From Candidatus Parcubacteria bacterium (lineage in GTDB: Bacteria; Patescibacteriota; Patescibacteriia; Patescibacteriales; UBA12075): a stretch of 29,951 nucleotides of DNA. The stretch is taken from assembly GCA_023140595.1 (NCBI GenBank), contig JAGLLI010000078.1:1-29951 (forward strand), given 5' to 3'. The translations under genes and the position numbers were made by a program. Each line of letters starts with the position of its first letter. Position 1 is the stretch's first letter. Below the pieces are notes generated by a model. That model did no database searches, was not told where the DNA came from, and saw only the letters and a program-made list of their open reading frames with translations. Below are positions 25,550 to 29,951 of this stretch, piece by piece.

Positions 25550-28183
25550 TTACTTAACCCTAACCAAAACCTCATCCTTAATTCCCAAATCAATTGATAT
25601 TTTGTTTCCTTCTTTTATTTTGCCTTCAATAATTTCCAATGCCAATTCGTCAAGGATTGAATTTTGAATGATTCTTTTTAGCGGACGCGCCCCGAAAGTT
25701 ATATCATAACCTTTGTCGGCCAGCATTTTTTTAACTTTTACCGCAATTTTTATTTTAATATTTTTATCAAGCAGCCTTTTTTCAAGTTTATTTAACTCAA
25801 GATCCACTATTTCAGCCAATACTCTTTTACTAAGGCTTTTAAATATTACGATTTCGTCAATTCTGTTTAAAAATTCCAGTTTAAAATTTTCTTTAAGAAT
25901 TATATCAATTTTTTCTTTCATTTCGCTATCCCGAATTTTAACCGCTTCTTCTTTATCGCTGTCATCGGAAAATCCGATTGAATATTGTTTGATAACCTCG
26001 TTTCCAAGATTGGATGTCATAATAATAATTGAATGCTTAAAATTAACCACCCGTCCCTTGGCATCAGTCAAGCGGCCATCGTCTAAAATTTGCAAAAGAA
26101 TATTAAATACTTCAGGGTGGGCTTTTTCAATTTCATCAAATAAAATTACGCTATAAGGGCGGCGGCGTATTTTTTCAGTTAATTGCCCGCCTTCTTCATG
26201 CCCTATATAACCCGGAGGGGAGCCGATCATGCGCGCAACACTGTGTTTTTCCATAAATTCGCTCATGTCCAGCCTAATTAAAGCATTCTCGTCGTTAAAC
26301 ATAAAGTTCGCCAAGGCTTTGCCTAGTTCTGTTTTTCCAACTCCGGTCGGTCCGACAAACAAAAATGATCCGATTGGTTTTTGTTCTTCTGATATTCCGG
26401 CTCTTGAACGGCGAATCGCGTTGGCAACGGATTTAATAGCGTCGTCCTGTCCGCGAACGCGCTTAGCCAATTCAATTTCGGCTTTTGCCAATTTTTTAAT
26501 TTCAGATTCAAGCATTTTTGAAACAGGAATTCCCGTCCATCGGGCAACGACTTTTGCAATATCCTCACTGTCAATTTCTTCTTTTAATATTCTTTGCCCT
26601 TTTTTTTGAATATTTAATAATTCAGTTTCCAATTTTTTTACGTCTTTTTCCAGCGCTGGAATTTTCGCGTATCTGATTTCAGCTACCTTGGTTAAATCCT
26701 CGCCCTGCCTTTCAATAATTTCGGCCTTTGCTTTTAGGCTGTCAATTTCTTTCTTTTTTCCGCTTATTTTTGATATGATATTTTTTTCGTTATTCCAGTG
26801 CAGTTCAATTTGATCGGCCTTTTCTTTAAGTTCTTCAATATGTTTGTTTAAATGTTTGATTTTTACATTGCTTTTTTTCTCTTGTTCCAAACCGGCTTTT
26901 TCAATTTTTAATCTTTTGATTTCTCTTTTTAATTTATCCAAATCTTCCGGCATTGAATCAATTTCCATTCTTAGCGCGCTTGTGGCTTCGTCAATTAAAT
27001 CTACCGCCTTGTCAGGCAAAAAACGGTCGGTTATATATCGTGAGGAAAGTTTAACAGAGGCCATTATGGCGTCATCGGTAATTCTTACTCCATGATGGAC
27101 TTCATATTTTTCTTTAATGCCTCTTAAAATCGCGACTGTGTCTTCAACGCTTGACTCGGAAACATAAATCGGCTGAAAGCGCCTTTCCAAAGCCGCGTCT
27201 TTTTCAATGTATTTTTGATATTCTTTAATGGTTGTGGCGCCGATTGTTTTTAATTCGCCGCGCGCCAAAGCGGGCTTAAGCATATTTGAAGCGTCCATTG
27301 CGCCTTCAGACGCGCCAATTCCAACGATTGTGTGCAATTCGTCAATAAACAAAATAATTTTACCTTCCTGCGATTTAATCTCTTTTAAAACCGCTTTTAA
27401 GCGATCTTCAAATTCACCTCTAAACTTCGCTCCGGCGACCATTGCGCCCAAATCAAGACTGATTAATTCTTTGTTTTTTAAAGTTTCCGGAACATCACCG
27501 TCAACAATTCTTTGCGCCAGCCCTTCAACAATCGCGGTTTTTCCAGTTCCTGCTTCTCCGATAACAACCGGATTGTTTTTTGTGCGGCGCGATAAAATTT
27601 GCATTATTCTGCGAATTTCCTCGTCTCTGCCGATTACAGGATCCAGTTTTTTTTGTTTTGCCATTTCAGTTAAATTAATCGCGTATTTTTCCAAAACTTT
27701 GTACTTGGTTTCAGGATTGGGGCTGTCAACTTTTTGCGAACCGCGAAGTTCGGCTAAAATTTTTAAAACATTTTCATAGTCAACCCCAAGGCGCAAAAGA
27801 ATTTCTTGCGATTCTGTTTTGATTCCGATTAAAGCCAATAAAATATGTTCGGTGGAAATATATTCATCACCCATTTGATCAGCTTCTTTTTTCGCTCTTT
27901 CCAAAATCATTGCCACTTCAGCTGTGCCTTGAACGGCCCCCACGTTTTCACGCATCGGAGCAGAGGACTTGGGTCTTTGTTCAATTTTTTTAAAAATCAT
28001 ATCTTCCACTTCTATTGGTGAAATTTTTAATTTTTCCAAAACAGGCTTAATCAAACTTTCGCTTTGAGTTAAAAGCGCCGCAAAAATATGCAGGCTTTCA
28101 ATTTGAGACTGCCCGTAATCCTGCGCTATAATCTGCGCGTTAATAATCGCTTCCTGTGATTTGTTTGTAAATTTATTAAACAT
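25550..28183 (-). CDS. clpB: ATP-dependent chaperone/disaggregase ClpB
   Basis: The Clp_N repeats appear after [17 protein letters not shown]. There are two AAA+ modules, [16 protein letters not shown] and [16 protein letters not shown] long coiled-coil middle domain is diagnostic of ClpB rather than ClpA/C. The true start is probably M15 (ATG 28183) of the track ORF. Confidence 0.95.
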   Translation of the reverse strand: MFNKFTNKSQEAIINAQIIAQDYGQSQIESLHIFAALLTQSESLIKPVLEKLKISPIEVEDMIFKKIEQRPKSSAPMRENVGAVQGTAEVAMILERAKKEADQMGDEYISTEHILLALIGIKTESQEILLRLGVDYENVLKILAELRGSQKVDSPNPETKYKVLEKYAINLTEMAKQKKLDPVIGRDEEIRRIMQILSRRTKNNPVVIGEAGTGKTAIVEGLAQRIVDGDVPETLKNKELISLDLGAMVAGAKFRGEFEDRLKAVLKEIKSQEGKIILFIDELHTIVGIGASEGAMDASNMLKPALARGELKTIGATTIKEYQKYIEKDAALERRFQPIYVSESSVEDTVAILRGIKEKYEVHHGVRITDDAIMASVKLSSRYITDRFLPDKAVDLIDEATSALRMEIDSMPEDLDKLKREIKRLKIEKAGLEQEKKSNVKIKHLNKHIEELKEKADQIELHWNNEKNIISKISGKKKEIDSLKAKAEIIERQGEDLTKVAEIRYAKIPALEKDVKKLETELLNIQKKGQRILKEEIDSEDIAKVVARWTGIPVSKMLESEIKKLAKAEIELAKRVRGQDDAIKSVANAIRRSRAGISEEQKPIGSFLFVGPTGVGKTELGKALANFMFNDENALIRLDMSEFMEKHSVARMIGSPPGYIGHEEGGQLTEKIRRRPYSVILFDEIEKAHPEVFNILLQILDDGRLTDAKGRVVNFKHSIIIMTSNLGNEVIKQYSIGFSDDSDKEEAVKIRDSEMKEKIDIILKENFKLEFLNRIDEIVIFKSLSKRVLAEIVDLELNKLEKRLLDKNIKIKIAVKVKKMLADKGYDITFGARPLKRIIQNSILDELALEIIEGKIKEGNKISIDLGIKDEVLVRVK

Positions 28184-28212
28184 ATTTGTTAGATTTAAAA
28201 TTATTTTATAAA

Positions 28213-28239
28213 TTAGCACTCTCACTCTATGAGTGCTAA
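28213..28239 (-). promoter_or_regulatory. CIRCE operator (HrcA binding site), consensus-perfect TTAGCACTC-N9-GAGTGCTAA
   Basis: TTAGCACTC at 28213-28221, the 9-nt spacer TCACTCTAT, then GAGTGCTAA at 28231-28239. It lies between the clpB -10 and the clpB start codon. Confidence 0.85.
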
Positions 28240-28243
28240 TTTC

Positions 28244-28272
28244 ATAATAGTATTTATGGGATATGTTGTCAA
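28244..28272 (-). promoter_or_regulatory. clpB promoter TTGACA-17-TATTAT (minus strand)
   Basis: On the minus strand TTGACA (+28267-28272), the spacer acatatcccataaatac, then TATTAT (+28244-28249). CIRCE sits immediately downstream. Confidence 0.65.
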
Positions 28273-28288
28273 GTGAAAAAAATTTGAA

Positions 28289-28316
28289 TTGACTTAAATT
28301 TGTTATTTGTTATACT
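28289..28316 (+). promoter_or_regulatory. Divergent promoter for the toxin-antitoxin operon (TTGACT-16-TATACT)
   Basis: TTGACT at 28289-28294, a 16-nt spacer, then TATACT at 28311-28316. It is back-to-back with the clpB promoter. Confidence 0.5.
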
Positions 28317-28350
28317 GAAAATACGATTTATTAAAATAACAATTAATTTT

Positions 28351-28755
28351 ATGTCTAAAGAACTAAGTAAAATTTCTTCAGCAAAACTTGCTAAAGTAAA
28401 ATTAATCCCTTGGTCAAAGGCAATATCTGGATCGTCAATTAAGTTATCTAAAAATTCTCAAGCAGGAGTTATAGTTGACCAGCAAGGCGCGCCGCAAATG
28501 TTTGTTTTTGACACTTTTGCTTTTCTTGATATTTTATCTGAAATTGATAGCAGATTGGCTGACAAATTGTCGCATAAAGAATACCATTCCAAGAGCGCTA
28601 ATCCCGCCGGTTGTCTGATTGATGAAATTGAGGCTAAGCTTCCAGCCAACTCTAATTTTATCAAATCTTTAAAAAACGCCATTAAAGAATCTGATAAAAA
28701 GGGCTGGGTGCCGTTTTCTAAAATACAAGCGGAATTTGGATTATCATCGTCATAA
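28351..28755 (+). CDS. Putative antitoxin (Phd/YefM-like core with C-terminal extension)
   Basis: The start is probably ATG 28351 (MSKELSK...), since the track ORF begins inside the promoter. GVIVDQQGAPQMFVFDTFAFLDIL resembles the Phd/YefM (vITrrGkPvAVlvsledYesL) core. It lies 25 nt upstream of a RelE/ParE toxin gene. At 134 aa it is longer than typical antitoxins. Confidence 0.4.
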   Translation: MSKELSKISSAKLAKVKLIPWSKAISGSSIKLSKNSQAGVIVDQQGAPQMFVFDTFAFLDILSEIDSRLADKLSHKEYHSKSANPAGCLIDEIEAKLPANSNFIKSLKNAIKESDKKGWVPFSKIQAEFGLSSS

Positions 28756-28779
28756 TTATTTACTTGTTTTGCGTAATTT

Positions 28780-29040
28780 ATGTTCAATATCAATTTTGCC
28801 AAACAAGCGCAAAAAGATTTTAATAAATTGGCTTATGATATTCAACATTTTATCAATGACAAATTAAAATTTTACGCCAGCCAAGATAATCCCTTAAAAT
28901 CAGCCAAACCGCTTATTAATATTCCTCCAGCCACGCATCGTTTTCGTGTTAGTAAATATAGGATTTATTTTTATATTTCAAAAAATATTATTTTTGTTGA
29001 AAGAATTAAATTGCGCGGGCAGGCGTATAAAAAACATTAA
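28780..29040 (+). CDS. RelE/ParE-family type II toxin
   Basis: MFNINFAKQAQKDFNKL...HRFRVSKYRIYFYISKNIIFVERIKLRGQAYK matches the RelE/ParE fold consensus. That consensus has KkdlkKL at the N-terminus and RiRvGdYRiiYrvd..vvil.ighRkdvY at the C-terminus. Confidence 0.7.
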   Translation: MFNINFAKQAQKDFNKLAYDIQHFINDKLKFYASQDNPLKSAKPLINIPPATHRFRVSKYRIYFYISKNIIFVERIKLRGQAYKKH

Positions 29041-29157
29041 AGGAAATTAAAATATAATATTATAGTATGCTGGAAAAATGGCCGCAACTTATAAAAGTTA
29101 CAGTCATTTTTTATTATAATTCATAAAATTAATTTGTAAGTAAGATTTTACTAACTA

Positions 29158-29185
29158 TTGCAATATTAAGTAGCTTTGTTATAAT
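29158..29185 (+). promoter_or_regulatory. Putative promoter TTGCAA-16-TATAAT for the efflux adaptor gene
   Basis: TTGCAA at 29158-29163 and TATAAT at 29180-29185, about 27 nt upstream of ATG 29212. Confidence 0.4.
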
Positions 29186-29211
29186 TAAAATATGAAAATT
29201 AAACTATTATT

Positions 29212-29951
29212 ATGACTATTAAAAAAGCAATAATTATTTTAGTTATTTTGGGGTCTCTTGGCGGTCTTGTTGCTTTTGCCATGCTTGGCAATAAGCCTAA
29301 AATTACATATACTGCCGTAAGCATAGAAAAAAAAGATATTATTCAAACAGTCAGTGAAACAGGCACGATAAAATCAGCTAATGAAATTAAACTGAGTTTT
29401 TTAAATTCAGGAAAAATTGAGAAAATAAATTTTAATGTTGGTGATAAAATTTTAAAAGATCAGATTATTGCAGGGCTTGATTGTTCTGATTTATATATTA
29501 GAAAAGAAGAAGCAAAAGCGAATGTTGATGTTGTTAGGGCAAACCATAACAAATTGCTGTCTGGAGCGACAAAAGAAGATATTAACATATATAAAGCAGG
29601 CTTGCAGCAGGCAAAAACAGCTTATGAGGCGTCGGAAAAAGAATTGGAAAAAAATAAATTATCCGTTAATGAAAATATCGCGCAAACAGCAAAAAATTTA
29701 GCGGATTTAAAATCATCAGCGCCAAGCACCGTAACTGCGGCTGAACAAGCGATTATCAACGCTGAAATCGCGCTTAAAAATACCAAATCAACATATCAAT
29801 CAGCAATTGATAATTATACTGAAAACGGCTTAATTGCTGTTGAAAGCAAACTGTCAATTGCCAACAACGCTCTTGACGAGATTGATCGGACAATTAATGA
29901 TGAAGATTTAAAAAATTATTTAAGCGTAAGAAACATAAGTTATTTACATAG
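29212..29951 (+). CDS. HlyD/MacA-family periplasmic adaptor (membrane fusion protein), 3' end outside the window
   Basis: The ORF is not in the track because it has no stop in the window. Frame 1 stays open from ATG 29212 to the window end. The hand translation is MTIKKAIIILVILGSLGGLVAFAMLGNKPKITYTAVSIEKKDIIQTVSETGTIKSANEIKLSFLNSGKIEKINFNVGDKILKDQIIAGLD... It shows a TM anchor, a beta-strand lipoyl-like motif and a coiled-coil hairpin. The track ORF 29468..29701 is in another frame. Confidence 0.75.
   Translation, partial: MTIKKAIIILVILGSLGGLVAFAMLGNKPKITYTAVSIEKKDIIQTVSETGTIKSANEIKLSFLNSGKIEKINFNVGDKILKDQIIAGLDCSDLYIRKEEAKANVDVVRANHNKLLSGATKEDINIYKAGLQQAKTAYEASEKELEKNKLSVNENIAQTAKNLADLKSSAPSTVTAAEQAIINAEIALKNTKSTYQSAIDNYTENGLIAVESKLSIANNALDEIDRTINDEDLKNYLSVRNISYLH

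Noticed and set aside
25713-27779. Several 83-183 aa ORFs antisense to clpB (25713..26156, 26229..26609, 26323..26574, 26844..27095, 27228..27779)
   Set aside because: All lie within the conserved clpB coding sequence on the opposite strand. They are shadow ORFs.
29095-29135. Possible terminator after the RelE/ParE toxin gene (GCAACTT-ATAAA-AGTTAC + T-run)
   Set aside because: The stem is only ~5 bp with mismatches, which is too weak to call.
29468-29701. 77-aa ORF (MQGLIVLIY...) listed in the track
   Set aside because: It is an off-frame ORF inside the HlyD-like gene (frame 2 versus open frame 1 from 29212 to the window end). Its composition is basic and low-complexity.
1-29951. CRISPR arrays, tRNA/rRNA genes, transposases or integrases
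   Set aside because: No regularly spaced direct repeats were seen. No tRNA-like GC-rich cloverleaf segments (e.g. GTTCGAATC T-arm) were found in intergenic regions. No transposase or integrase motifs appeared in any frame.

Overview
This is an AT-rich bacterial chromosomal window of roughly 35-38% GC (eye estimate). The genes are densely packed and mostly co-directional, and several are joined by ATGA-type translational coupling. Housekeeping genes (lepA, recJ, rnhA, dedA-family, def, clpB and an orphan pilT) sit beside a surface/adhesion block, a PDZ pseudo-protease, small membrane peptides and many hypothetical proteins. The adhesion block holds a 1407-aa adhesin with YDG/MBG-type repeats and two paralogous secreted proteins. 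Together this points to a small-genome organism of the ultrasmall/episymbiotic Patescibacteria (CPR) type. That is an inference from gene content, not a database result. The most unusual content: (i) a monocistronic, full-length homolog of the eukaryotic major vault protein (MVP) with its own promoter and terminator; (ii) a lysine-rich protein built almost entirely of about 11 tandem 28-residue helical repeats that I cannot place in any known repeat class; (iii) a consensus-perfect CIRCE/HrcA operator on clpB, arranged back-to-back with a RelE/ParE toxin-antitoxin promoter; (iv) a ~45-residue module shared between secreted proteins at two loci; (v) a catalytically dead, membrane-anchored HtrA-like PDZ protein; (vi) small membrane-peptide genes with strong Shine-Dalgarno sites flanking recJ, one of them absent from the ORF track. 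I found no CRISPR array, tRNA/rRNA, transposase or integrase.
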